The notes under the pieces were generated by a model that ran no database searches, was not told the DNA's origin, and saw only the letters and a program-made list of their open reading frames with translations. This document shows positions 39,471 through 53,246 of a stretch of DNA of 64,000 nucleotides, one piece after another. This stretch comes from the human T2T-CHM13v2.0 reference genome, Homo sapiens. The position numbers were made by a program, and so were the translations under genes. The stretch is taken from NCBI RefSeq assembly GCF_009914755.1, contig NC_060948.1. One strand, written 5' to 3'. The number at the start of each line of letters is the position of its first letter. Position 1 is the stretch's first letter.

Positions 39471-42400
39471 TTCTCAACAACCTCACCAGTATCTCTTATT
39501 TCCTGGCTTTTCAATAATTGCCCTTCTGACTATTGTGAGATGGTACCTCATTGTGGTTTGGATTTGCATTTCTCCAATAATCAGTGATGTGGAGCTTTGT
39601 TTCATATGTTTGTTGGCTGCATAAATGTCTTCCTTTGAGAAGTTTCTGATCATATGTTTTGCCCACTTTTTGGTGGGGTTGTTTTCACTTGAAAATTTCT
39701 TTATGTTTCTTGAAAATTATGGATATTAGACCTTTATCTGATGTGTAGACTACAAACATTTTCTACTACCCTGTAGGTTTCCTGTTCACTCTGATGATAG
39801 TTTCTTTTGTTGTGCAGAAACTCTTTAGTTTAATTAGGTTCCATTTGTCAATTGTGGCTTTTGTTGCAATTGCTTTTGGAATTTTTTTCATGAAGTATTT
39901 GCCCATGCCTATGTCCTGAATGGTGTTGCCTAGGCTTTCTTCTAATTTTTTTTTTATGGTTTTGATGGCTACATTTAAGTGTTTAATCCATCTTGAGTTA
40001 ATTATATAGGTGTAAGGAAGGGATTCAGTTTCCGTTTTCTGCATATAGCTAGCCAGTTTTCCCGTACCATTCTCTTGAATAGGAGATAATTTCCCCATTA
40101 CTTGTTTTCATCAGGTTTGTCAAAGATCAGATGGCTGTAGATGTGTGTTGTAATTTTTGAGGCCTCTGTTCTGCTACATTGTTAGACGTGCCATGCTTTT
40201 TGGTTTTGTAGCCTTGTAGTATAGTTTGAAGTCATACAGCATGATGACTCCGGCTTTGTTCTTTTTGCTTTGAATTGTCTTGACTATTGGGGGTCTTCTT
40301 TGATTCCAAATAAAATATAAAATAGTTTTTTTTTAATTCTGTGAAGAATGCCAATGGTAGTTTGATGGGAGTAGCATTGAATCTTAAATTACTTTTGGCA
40401 GTATGACCATTTTCAGGATATTGATTCTTACTATCTATGAGAATGTAATATTTTTCCATTTGTTTGTGTCCGCTCTCATTTCCTTGAAGAGTGGTTTGTA
40501 GTTCTGCTTAAAGAGGTCCTCCCCATCCCTTGTTAGCTATATTCTTAGGTATTTTATTCTTTTTGTATTGATTGTGAATGGGAGTTTATTCTGGATTTGT
40601 CTATCTGCTTATCTGTTGTAGTTGTAAAGGAATGCTTGTACTTTTTGAACATCACTTTTGTACCCTGAGACTTTACTAAAGTTGTTTATCAGTTTAAGGA
40701 GTTATTGGGCTGATCATGTCACCTGCAAACACAGAAAATTTGACTTCCTCTCTTTCTATTTAAATAACTTTTATTTCTTTCTCTTTTATGATTGCAGTGC
40801 TGAGAACTTCCAATATTATGTTAAATAGGAGTGGTTAGAAAGGACATCCTTGTCTTGTGCCATTTTTCAAAGGGAATACTTCCAGGTTTTGCCCATTTGG
40901 TATAATATTGGCTGTGGATTTGCCATAAATAGCTCTTATTATTTTGAGATATGTTCCATCATTATCAAGTTTACTGAGTGTTTTTTACATTAAGGGATGT
41001 CGAATTTTATTGAAGGCATTTTCTGGATATATTGAGATATTCATGTGGTTTCTGTCATTTGTTCTGTTTATGTGATAGATTACATTTATTGATTTGTGTA
41101 TGTTGAACCAGGCTTGCACCAAAAGGATGAAGCCAACTCGATCATGGCGGATAAGCTTTTTGATATGTTGCTGGATTTGGTTTGATGATATTTTATTGAG
41201 AATTTTTCATTGGTGTTCATCAGGTATATTGGCTTGATATTTTTATTGTTTTGTCTTTTCCTGGTTTGGGTATCAGGATGATTCTGGTCTCATAAAATGA
41301 GTTAGGGAGGAATCCCCCTTTTTCTATTGTTTGGAATAGTTTCAGAAAGAATAGTACTAACTTCTCTTTATACATCTGTTACAACATGACAGTGAATCCA
41401 TCTGGTCCTGGGCTTTTCTTAGTTGGTAGGCTATTCATGAGTGCCTCAAATTCAGAACTTGTTATTGGTCTATTCACGGATTTCACATCTTCCTGGTTTA
41501 GTCTTGGGAGGGAGTATGTGTCCAGGAATTTATCAATTTCTTTTAGATTTTCTAGTTTATTTGTGTAGAGGTGGTTATAGTATTCCCTGATGGTAGTTTG
41601 TATTTCCGTGAGATCAGTGGTGATATCTCCTTTATCATTTTTATTGTGTATATTTGATTCTTCTTTTATTATTTGTTAGTCTAGCTATGAGTCTATTTTG
41701 TTAATCTTGAAAAAATCTGGTGTATTCACTGAGTTTTTGAAGGGTTTTTTGTGTCTCTACCTTCTTCAATCCTGCTTTGATTTTACCTATTTCTTACTTC
41801 TTGTAGCTTTTGAATGTGTTTGCTCTTGCTTCTCTAATTCTTTTAATTATGATACTAAGTTGTCAATTTTGGACTTTTTTTGCTTTCTGACATGGGCAGT
41901 TAGTGGTATAAATTTCTCCCTTAACACTGCATTAGTTGCGTCCCAGAGAATCTGGTAAATTGTTTCTTTGTTCTCATTGATTTCAGAGAACTTCTTCATT
42001 TCTGCATTAATTTTATTTACCCTGTAGTCACTCAGGAACAGGTTGTTCAGTTTCCATGTAGTTGGTGGTTTTGAGTGAGTTTCTCAATCCTGAGTTCTAA
42101 TTTGATTGCTTTATGGTCTGAGAGACTGCTTGTTATGTTTTCAATTCTTCTGCGTTTGTTGAGGAGTGTTTTACTTCCAATTATGTGGTCGATTTTAGTA
42201 TAAGTGCTATGTAGTGCTGAGAAGAATGTATATTATGTTGATTTGGGACAGAGAGCTCTGTAGATGTCTATTAGATCTGCTTTGTCCAGAGCTGAGTTCG
42301 TGGGTTAAGTATTCTTGTTAATTTTCTGTTTCATTGAACTCTGTAATATTGACAATGGTGTGTTAAGGTCTCCCACTATTATTATGTGGGAGTTTCAGTA

Positions 42401-43485
42401 TTTTTGTAGATTTCTAAGAACTTATTTGATGAATCTGAGTGCTCCTGTAATAGGTGCATGTATATTTAGAATAGTTAATATTTCTCATTGCCTTGATCTC
42501 TTTACCATTATGTAATGCCATTCTTTGTCTTTTTTGATCTTTGGTGTTTTAAGGTCTTTTTTCTCAGAGACTGTGATTGCAACCCCTTTTTTTCTTTTGA
42601 TTTGCTTGGTAAATATTCCTCCATCCCTTTATTTTGAACCCATGTGTGTCTTTGCACATGAGATCGGTCTCCTGAACACAGCACACTGATGGGTCTTGAC
42701 TCTATATAATTTGCCAGTCTTTGTCCTTCAATTGGAGAATTTTGCCCATTAACATTTAAGATTAATACTGTTATGTTTGAATTTGATCCTTTCAACATAT
42801 GATCCCTTATTTTGAACATTAGTTGACGTGGTTTCTCCACAGCATCAACGGTCTTTACAATTTGGCATGGTACCGGTTGTTTCCTTCCATGTTTAATGCT
42901 TCCTTCAGGAGCGCTTGAAAGGCAGGCATAGTGGTGACAAAATCTGTAAGCATTTGCTTGTCTGTAAAGGATTTTATTTCTCCTTCACTTGTGAAGCTTA
43001 GTTTGGCTGGATATGAAATTCTGGGTTAAAAATGCTTTTCTTTAAGAATGTTGAATATTGGCCCCCACTCTCCTCTGGCTTATAGGGTTTCTGCTGAGAG
43101 ATCTGCTGTTAGTTGTACAGGCTTCCCTTTACAGTTGTACAGAACTTCCCTTCCCTTTATAGTTGTACAGGCTGTCCCTTCCCTTTATAGGTAACTCGAC
43201 CTTTCTCTCTGGCTGCCCTTAACACTTTTTCCTTCATTTCAACCTTAGTGGATCTGACAATTATATGTCTTGGGGTTGCTCTTCTTGAGGAGTATCTTAG
43301 TGGTGTTCCAGTTCCTGAATTTGAATGTTGGCCTTTTTTGCTAGGTTGGGGAAGTTCTTCTGGATAGTATACTGAAGTGTGTTTTTCAACTTGTTATCAT
43401 TCTCCTCAACACTTTCCCATACACCAATCAATCACAGGTGTGGTCTTTTCCAATAGCCCCATATTTCTTGGAGGTTTTGTTCATT

Positions 43486-43965
43486 TGTAGTGGGAAATCA
43501 GAGAACCAGAGAGACCAATCGGGTCACAGAAGGATTTATTATTTAGGGTGTACCCCAACTCTGTGGACTAGCATCCAGAAAAAGTGTGAGCACCAAACAA
43601 ACAAGGCAAGTGCCTTTTATGCATCTTAAGGCAGGCAGTACACGAGGCAGGAAGCAGGCTTACAGAAGTGAGAACAAAAAGCAGTCAGTCACATTATGAC
43701 GTGTCTTACATCTTTGGAAAAACATGTTTTGCAGCTAGTGCTTATCTATCTTGTGACCTTTCAGTTGTTCAGCAGAAAAACAGGAACTTAACAGAACTTA
43801 CAAAATATGCAGAGGGTAGATTATGGATAACGTTTCACAGAGAAGCAGTTAGTATTCTTTCTTAACTCCTACTTCAGTGGTGGGGGGCTACTTGAGGCCT
43901 ATTTTATTCTAACTCTAACAACAATTTTTATGCAAGTTTTAACTTTCCTTTAATTCTGTACTTCA
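43486..43965 (-). mobile_element. Proviral 3' LTR (480 bp)
   Basis: Reverse complement TGAAGTAC..CTACA; AATAAA and CATAAAA boxes on the minus strand; preceded by the PPT. Confidence 0.95.
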
Positions 43966-43977
43966 TTTCCCCCTTTG
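43966..43977 (-). promoter_or_regulatory. Polypurine tract
   Basis: Reverse complement AAAGGGGGAAA directly before the 3' LTR TG. Confidence 0.85.
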
Positions 43978-44028
43978 ATGCTTTTTATGAATGAATTTTT
44001 AATAGAAAGCACCACTATCATCTATTTC

Positions 44029-46155
44029 TCAATGGGATGGCACACTTTCTTCTCTAGATAGAGGATAGTGTTTACTTAAAGCCATCATTTGGGTGGTGGT
44101 TTGCCTTGTCACAATTGCTTTTATACTTGACTGAATGCTTCTGATCAAAAGAGGCAGGAGAGAAGGGAGTATTAGACACCCACTTAAGATAACTACAAAG
44201 CAGTCTGTTATGGTTTTAAATCCACAAAAAGATGAAAAACATCCTCCGAAGAAGGAGTCTGGAGACCAGCCTTTCCTGATTTGCACTGGAACATGAGCCA
44301 GCTTTCACATCTTTGCAGTAATCTTTATGACAAGTTGTTCATTATCATCAATTTCCAGACATTTGTTAAACTGAACTTCCCACATACTGTCCTTTCTGAG
44401 GCCAGGAGTTAATCTAGTACCAACCTATTTTGATAAATAGTTTATCTCCTCTGTGTGGCTTGCACGGCCACCAAACCTAAAGCCCTTGATGTTTCCTTGG
44501 TTATAATTTCAAGAACAGCTTGTAACCTTATGACATGGCTGATCATGTAAATGAGGGTATGATATCCCCACATTCCATCTTCTGCCCAGGTGGCTTGCCC
44601 ATAGTATTTAATAATTCTTTCAGGAGGCCATTCATTACATTTCCAGTATCATATATCTATATCCTTTTTGAAGTTTGTTCTATTTTTGAGACTAACAACA
44701 AAATAAAATAACCTCCTGGTTCATTTTTATTCTCATCATAAACTGTATACCCTGAAGTCTCACCCTGCTTTAGGGGGGTTAAGAAAGAGAAAGGCCTAAT
44801 TATTTTTAATACATTGGCCCCTGACCACTTAGGCAGCAGTTTCTGATATGCCTATGTTCCACAGATGCAATGGAGGCCAGAGGGTACTTGCCAAGAATTT
44901 GGATCCTCAAGCTGATACCAAGAATGGTGCGAGGTGGGAAACTGAGAAAAGGGGTTAAAATTAGATAAGGAGGAATCATTTTTTGTACTCCTCCATGGAA
45001 TTTTCCTTCAGTTCTATTATAATATTTTTGCCCTAAGCAAGTTAATTATCCTACTACATCTGTAAATGCTTCTCCTCAATGGATGATACAGTACCTTCAA
45101 ATTATGGAGGTATTCAGTATCCACACGCTGGCTGAGTCTATTGGTTCATTGGTGGATTTAGGAAGAGTGAAATTATCTTGAGGCATTAATTCTTTTGCCT
45201 CCCATGGCCATTGGTCTTCTACATTTGTTCCTCCACAAACATAACAGGAAGTAATTCCTAAACTGCCAGTTATGTTTTCAGCTAGCTGGGCAAATAAGTT
45301 TTTGGTTGGAGGAGGTGGCTCAGATACCTTCTGGTTGGAATATTTATAAAATGACATGAAGACTAGAACTGAGGTATTGGCTGTTTTGTTTGTTTTCTTA
45401 ATAATAAATAGCTAGATTTCCATGGCTGCCTTTTGATCAGCAACTCCTAACATTATGGGATATCCTGTAGTCCATATGAGTTCATTTGGCTTTAAGATAG
45501 TAAAATTCACAGTACTACAGGAACATGTTTTCCAATTACAGTGAGGTTTGGCTAGCATTCTGGTAAGTAGAGCCTCCTCTAATGGGTTGTGTAACCATGT
45601 TGAGCAGCTCCAGCATCCAATCATCACTAGGTATCTGGCAGAGCAAATGGAGGGTGCACATCCAGTGGTATGACAACTGCTAAGGTAACCTTCAGGGTCA
45701 GAGATAATAATTAAGTGAGTGGACACCGTGAAAGTGTGTTGGCAGAGGTTAAGATATAAGGATGTGGCATCTATGCCAAGGGAAAAACCCTTATTTTGAT
45801 TCAAAAGATCCCCATCTTTTATTTTTGCATGAGACTCAAACTAGAATTCTGTGAGTGGAGTCTTAGGGTCATAACATATATATGGTTTGTTATTTCCTGG
45901 GTCATAAATTGAATATGTTATTTGGTCATGTACACAGGTACCCAAATGTGCCCTGGCACACATGTAATGAGTATGATATAGGAGAGTTTTAGTTAAAGTT
46001 CTTCCAGACTTTGTGGTATGAGTGCAGTGGGGGCACCATTCCAGGTGCTTTCTCTTTGCCATAGGCAGTGGTAGTAGCAAAATAAAAATAAGGAGTGGTA
46101 TGTTTACACAAAGTATGGACAAAAAAGGTCCTTTCCTGGGAGGAGGGACTGGCAA
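44029..46155 (-). pseudogene. env: env, ERV3/HERV-R-like, disrupted
   Basis: CPHCTHTTKSGRTLTKTLLYHTHY..LGTCVHDQITYS..PYICYDPK; [35 protein letters not shown]; [23 protein letters not shown]; multiple stops and frameshifts. Confidence 0.93.
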
Positions 46156-46313
46156 AAATTATAGCATAGCAACAGAACAAGTAATATTACTAAGATAGCA
46201 ACTAAACTTAATACTTCTATCCACATTTACTCATCTGAGGAAGACTCTTCAAGCTTCAGCCGTGCATAGACTAGTCAGCTTGTGGTGTGACTAGGGCAGG
46301 GCTTGAAGTTTCC

Positions 46314-49300
46314 TCAAGCTTCAGCCATGTGTAGACTGTCCAGCCTCTGGAGTGGACAGAGCAGAGTGGTTGTCCTTCTCAGCATGACTTGGTTCCATCG
46401 CAAGATCAGCCCTGTTGGGTGGTCTGGGTCTTCCTGACTGGTCCACTTGTCCAGTGCTGCCAATTTTGGCCAACTGTGGTGGACCCACAGTATGATACCT
46501 GCAACTTTAACAGCTGTGGAAGTAGACAAGATTACAGCATGGGGCCCATCCCATAAGGGTCCTAGAGTAGTTGGATTCTGTTTCATAACTCAAACCAGGT
46601 CCCCAGATTTGAGCGGGCATATTGGGTCTGTTAGACTTACAGGCATCATTTCCCGTACCCAGCCATGGACTTTCTGCATAGCTAGACCTAAGGCCTCTAT
46701 TTGCCTGGTTAAGTTTAATTCCCCTAAATCATGGAGGTCACCTTTAACCTGAGTTATGCTGGGGGTGGTCTGCTGAACAAAATCTCCCAAGGTGAATACC
46801 CAGTTTGTTTGGTAGTGGGGCACCTGACTCAGAGGAGGACTCCGGGCAAAACCTGATCCCACCTGAGATGAGTTTCTTGACAGAATTTCTTCAGTAGTTG
46901 CTTGAGTGTTTGGTTCATCCACTCTACTTTTCCTGAGCTTTGCAGGTGGTAGGCAGTGTGCCACTTCAATTTTATTTTTAGTAGTTGTGTTAGCTGCTGT
47001 ACAATCTCAGCCACAAATGCCTGGCCATTTTCTGATCCTATAGTTACAGGCAGTCCAAATCTAGGAATGCAGTCTTTTAACTGCACTCTAGTTACTTCCC
47101 ATGCCTTTTCTGTCCTGTTTGGGAAAACCTCAACCCACAGTGAAAAGGTGCAAACAAGCACTAGTAGGTACCAGTGGCCCCCAGCCTGGGGCAGTTTGGT
47201 AAAGTCTACAAGTAAATTTTCACAAGGTGTAGCTCTGATTTCTGAACTGCTGGGGGCCAGGTTGGCCCCTGCCATGGGTTGTTTTGAGGACAAATCAGAC
47301 ATTGCTCACAGATGGCTCAAGTGATGGGGCTAAGTCTTTGCACATAAAAGTGCCATCCTAGCAAGGTTTCTAGTGCTGTCTTCCCATGTGGGTTCCTTGG
47401 TGGAACTGATTTACAAATCTGGGAGTCATCATCTCAGGTATGGCTAGCCTCCCATCAGAGAACTTCCATCATCCTCCCTCAGTGTAGTTTCCATTTTCCT
47501 GAGCAAAACAACTCCTTTCATTTAGAGTGTAACTTGGGATCTCTGGGAGGGAAATCTCTGGGAAGAGAGGCATTGCTAGGGCTCCCTCTTTAGGAGGAAA
47601 AGTGGCCATTGATGCCCATTGTGCCTTTTTATCTGCTTTTCTGTTTGCTTTTGCTTCAAAATTTCTGATGCTTTATGTCCCTTGCAGTGAATGACAGCCA
47701 CCTTTTCTGGGGCCCACGCAGCATCTAAGAGTTGTAGAATTTTCTCTTTATTTTTTATCTCCTTTCTTCCTGCAGTTAAAAGTCCTCTTTCTTTATATAT
47801 GGCCCCATGAGCAAGCAGTGTCACAAAGGCATACTTAAAGTCAGTATAACTGTTAACCACTTTTCCTCTGGCCAACAGTAGGGCTCTTGTTGGAGCTGTT
47901 AGCTCTGCTTTCTGAGCAGATTTCCTAGCAGGCAGAGGCTGAGCCTCTACCACTGAGTCCCAGGTTACTACTGTATATGCAGGTTACTGGATCCCTTCTG
48001 AGATAAAACTGCTCCCATCCATGAAGTACTCAACATCTGGGCCAACAAGGGGCTGGTCTGTTAAGTCTTTTCAGCTACAGAATAATTCCTCCACTACATC
48101 CACACAATAGTGATAGGGAATGGAATCTTTTGGCCTTTTTATGGGTAGCAGAGTGGCTGGGTTTAAAGAAATAACAGTTCCTATGATTACATAAAGATTT
48201 TCAGATAAGAGTCCTTGATATCTATCTGGTAATTCTTGGGTTTGACAACCAATAATGTCCCCTTTGATCCATCAAGATGATAACTGTGTGGGGTACTCTG
48301 ATGATTAGTTTTTGTCCTAAGGTCAATTTATTGGCTTCTTGTGACAAAAGGGTTGTAGCAGCTGATGTCTTAAAGCAAGGGGGCCAGCTTAGCACCAAAG
48401 GGTCCAGCTGTTTGGATAAATACACCGCTGGTATATGCCATGACCCCATCATTTGAGTCAGGATCCCTACAGCCACTTCCTTCCATTCATAGACATATAG
48501 GAAGAAAGGCTTAGTCTGATCTGGCAGTCCTAAGGCCAGGGCCTGGATTAAAGCCCTTTTGATCCCTTGTAAGCTTTTTCCTGATTGGCTTCCCAAAGAA
48601 GGGGCTCTTTTTCCCCACTCTGTGGCTTCATACAGCAATTTTGCCATAAGTAAAAAATTTGGAATGTAGATGTGGCAGAAACCTGCTGCTCCTAGGAATT
48701 CCCTTATTTGGCACCCAGTGGTTGGGATGGTACTGCACAAACAGTCCGCTTTCGCTCACTGCCAAGCTCACATTTCCCTTCACTTATTTCAAAACCTAGA
48801 TATATGACTCCTTCTGAACAGATGTGTGCCTTTTTCTTGGATACTTTATATTTGGCCTTCCACAAAAGGTGGAGGAGTTTCTCAGTGCCCTGAAGGCAAT
48901 CCACCTGAGTGGGGACCATAAATAGGAGGTTATCTATGAACTGCAGTCAGAAGCATTTGTCATTAGGTGGAATGAAAGCTCCTGAGATCTGATGCTAGCA
49001 CTTCTCCAAAGATTGTAGGGGAGTTCTTAAACCCTCGTGGGAGCCTTGTCCAAGTATACTGTGTTTCTCCCCAATGAAATGCAAAGATAGGTCAGCTCAC
49101 TGGCACCAGCTGGAGACAAAAGAATGCATCCTTTAGGTAGAAGAAAATAAACCAGGCTGCACTAGCTGGTATTTGTCCTAACAAGGTGTATGGGTTGGGC
49201 ACTACTGGATAGATTGTCTCTGTGACCTGGTTTATGGCACGCAAATCCTGCACTGGCCCATATTCCCCAGATGGCTTTCATACTGGCAACAGAGGAGTGG

Positions 49301-49960
49301 TCCAAACTTATCTGCATTTAACTATGATTCTATTCTTGAAAAGCCAGTCTATATGCTTTTGAACACCTTGGATGGCTTATATGAAAATCAGTTACTGACA
49401 AACTCATACCAGGGTGGCTCCTGGTTTTAACTCTACTAAGACTGGTGCCTGATTTACAGCCAATCCAGGTGGATTGTTTTCCGCCCATACTCTAGGTATT
49501 TTGGTAACTAGCCCATACTTCTCAAGAGGTCCTAGCAGTCCTTGCTTAAGTGGTACTTGTGCATATAGCCTCCATTCCTCAGCTTTTGGCAGTGTGAGGG
49601 TTAACACCATAGCTTTTGGTTGACGTAAGTTTAAATACATATTTCCTTGTGGTGCAAAGGAAATGTGTGCCTGTAGTATTTGGAGCAAGTTTTTCCCTAG
49701 CAAAGAAACTTGACAATTTGTAAGGTATAGAAACTCATGGTGGACTTCTCATCCTCCAATAATGCAACCCCTTGACCAGCAAAAAGGCCTTTTTCTGAAA
49801 CTCCAGATCCCCTGAAAATAGTGGTATAATTCTTAGATAGTAGCCCTATGGGTTGGGTAACTACTCAGTGTTTAGCTCTGGTATCTACCATAAAGTCCAT
49901 CCATTGGTCCCCTCTCTCCACTGTGACCATAGGCTCCTGGTGGCCCAAAGAGATGGAGAA
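46314..49960 (-). pseudogene. pol: pro-pol (protease, RT, RNase H, integrase), disrupted
   Basis: Protease FMVDTRA (DTG mutated); RT LQFIDNLL (YxDD mutated) and [10 protein letters not shown]; RNase H SAQKAELTA..YTDFKYAF; integrase VDFTKLP..RFGLP..IGSENGQAF..SSGKVEWMN. Confidence 0.93.
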
Positions 49961-49999
49961 ACAGTCTGTCTCAGTCCTCCACAGTCTCTGCCAGGCTGA

Positions 50000-51689
50000 T
50001 CAAGTTGGCATCCGGTTTCAGAACACAATGACTTACAGCTGGTAGCTCTGGCCAAGCTCCCTGGTCACAGATATTGCCCTTATCCTTCTCTGGACATTCA
50101 TCCTTCCAATGTGCTTTCTTTTTGCGTAATGCACACTAATCCCTCTCCAGCCTTCTCTGGCCTTCAAATCCGGGCCACTTTGACCTCTTCATAACCATGA
50201 CCATGACCACATCCTTGTCCCCTTACAATGCTAGTTTCTATTTCAACAACGGCTGCCACCAGTAGCTCGGCCTTTTTCTTAATCATCTGCTTAGCCTCCT
50301 TCCTTTCCTCCTGATCGTGGTTAACACATACTTTGGTGGATACTTCTATTAGCTGGGTGGCATTCATGCCTGCAAAACCTTCAAGATCCCAAAGCTTTTG
50401 TTTAATGTCTGCCTGTGCCTGACTAACAAATGACATATTCACCATGCACTGATTCTCTCTGTAGCCTCGGGGTCAAATGGGCTATAGAGCTGGTATGCCT
50501 CACAGAGACTCTCATAGGACTGACTTGGGCTCTCATCAGCCTTTTTAAGGACCTCTGAAATTTTTCCTATGTTCATTGCCTTTTTCCCTTCAGCTTTTAT
50601 CCCATTTAAGAGTGCTTCCTGATATCTCTGCAGGCAGAGCTGCTCTTTTGCCTCATTTGGGTTCCAATTTGGGTCTGTCTCTGAGAACTGTTCCTGGGCA
50701 TACCACCAGACATCATGTGTGCCATCAGGTGCATTGTTCTCTATCCACTGGAGGGCCTCTTTGGACACCCTCTGATGCTCCTTTGTATTGAACCATGTCA
50801 GAAGGAGCTGCTGGCAGTCTGGCCAGGTAGAATTGCGAGTCAGAAAAATGGACCGCAACAGGTCTATTACAGACTGGGGCTTCTCTGTATAGGATGGAGT
50901 ATGCTGTTCCCCATTTAGGTGGTCTGTGATGGAGAAAGGCTGGTAGACAAAAATTCACTGCCCACCCCGGACCCGGCCTTGTTCATAATAATACGTCTGT
51001 GCTCGAGTCTCATGGAAGAGCATTTGCAAGGCTTGGGTGCAGCCTGACCAGAAGTGGCTTGCTGTTTAATCCTGCCTTTCCTCTTTGGTTTTTATGGGCA
51101 GGGGCTCAGGATCCCCTCCATGGGGTTATGCTGCTTGAGACTCACTTTTCTCTGAGCCTGATTCCTCGAGGGCCATTTGCTTTCTGCCTTGTCTTAGCCC
51201 TGACAAGGATGGGTGTATTGGAGCATAAGAAGGAGGAAACTTTCTTTCCTTGGAAAGCGTTTGGAAGACTGTTTTTTCCTGACTACTCTGTTGCTTTTTC
51301 TTCTCCTCTGAGGCTCCTATTGAGATAGACTTCTCAACTTCCTTAGGTATAGCTCAGGCTACCAGAGACTTACAATAACTTGTCAAATAAGGTTGTATCC
51401 ATTTGGGATGTGTTAGAACCATGTTCAACCAGGAATCAATATATGGGAACTGATCTAGATTCCCAGGCTGTTCTCCAACCCCTGTCACTTCCTTAAACAC
51501 ATGGCCAATTTCTTCCCTATCTATTGTGTCTTTGGCAGGCCACACAACATTAAAAGAAGGCCAGTCTAATTCACAGAGAGTTCTCAACCTTTGGGGGGTC
51601 AGTTTTACCCCATAATCTCCTCCAAAGCGTTTCCCAGAATTATTTAACATGCACTCCAATGGAGAAGCTTTTGATGATTTTCCTCCCAT
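50000..51689 (-). pseudogene. gag: gag, disrupted
   Basis: MGGKSSKASPLECML..DYGVKLTPQRLRTLCELDWPSF; TWPDCQQLLL; major homology region KADESPSQSYESLCEAY; zinc knuckle *CALRKKKAHWKDECP. Confidence 0.93.
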
Positions 51690-52450
51690 TCCTCCTTTTA
51701 TGACACACACTCACTCTACCTTTTGTTACAGACTGATCAGACTGGTTCCTATTACGGGAATTTCATGCACTGCTTAGCTAGGACAGTATCGTATTCCCAC
51801 TGCAGCTGCTGCAGCTGTAGGGCAGCTCCTGTCAGCCTTATACAGATCGCTCTAGATCTGGTCAGCCACACACTGGCTCCAGAGCCCACAGTCCACATTA
51901 AGAGATCTGTGCCTTCACCTGTCATGCCCCATGTTGGCCCTTCCCAGAACTGTCTCTTTAATGTGCTTTCACATGCCTCTTCACTCCCAGTTCACGTTTT
52001 TTAATTAGGGTGGCAACTCATTCTTGCTACGTCTAGTTTCAGTTTTTATTTTCCTAAACTGACTTAGTGAGCCTCTTTCATGTGCTGTGACAGTTAGGTT
52101 GTAAGTTTCATCCAAACTGGCAGGTCACTCCCACTTTCCTCAGCCCCTCTGTGTTAGACGAGTAGTCACACCCTGGGAAGTGATTAGGCCCCCGTTTCAT
52201 CCTTATGGGATGGGTCTTGACTTGGGGCTTCAGGCCTTACCACGTTTTTGAAGAATGCACGCAGCTCCTGGAATTGTCCTGTAGCCCCTTTGCCAGTTCC
52301 ATTGTGCTGTTAGGGAAGGGCACCGGGATGCAGGAGAGCTGGTCTCCTCTCCAGTCTGAAGTTCTCCTGTCAGTGCCTAGGATTTCAGGTATCCCCTGCT
52401 CTTGGGCTCCAGTCCTATGGGCAAAGGAGACAGAACATTTGCCATCTCCA

Positions 52451-52468
52451 ATCCTGGATGAGCCCCTA
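52451..52468 (-). promoter_or_regulatory. Primer binding site, tRNA-Pro
   Basis: Reverse complement TAGGGGCTCATCCAGGAT vs the Pro PBS TGGGGGCTCGTCCGGGAT (15/18, all G>A), 5 nt from the LTR end. Confidence 0.85.
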
Positions 52469-52473
52469 GAAAA

Positions 52474-53246
<773 letters not shown>

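Noticed and set aside
44029-46155. env as a domesticated syncytin/ERV3-like gene
   Set aside because: Broken into several frames, with in-frame stops including one in the immunosuppressive domain
52451-52468. tRNA-like sequence
   Set aside because: Only the 18-nt PBS complement, not a tRNA gene
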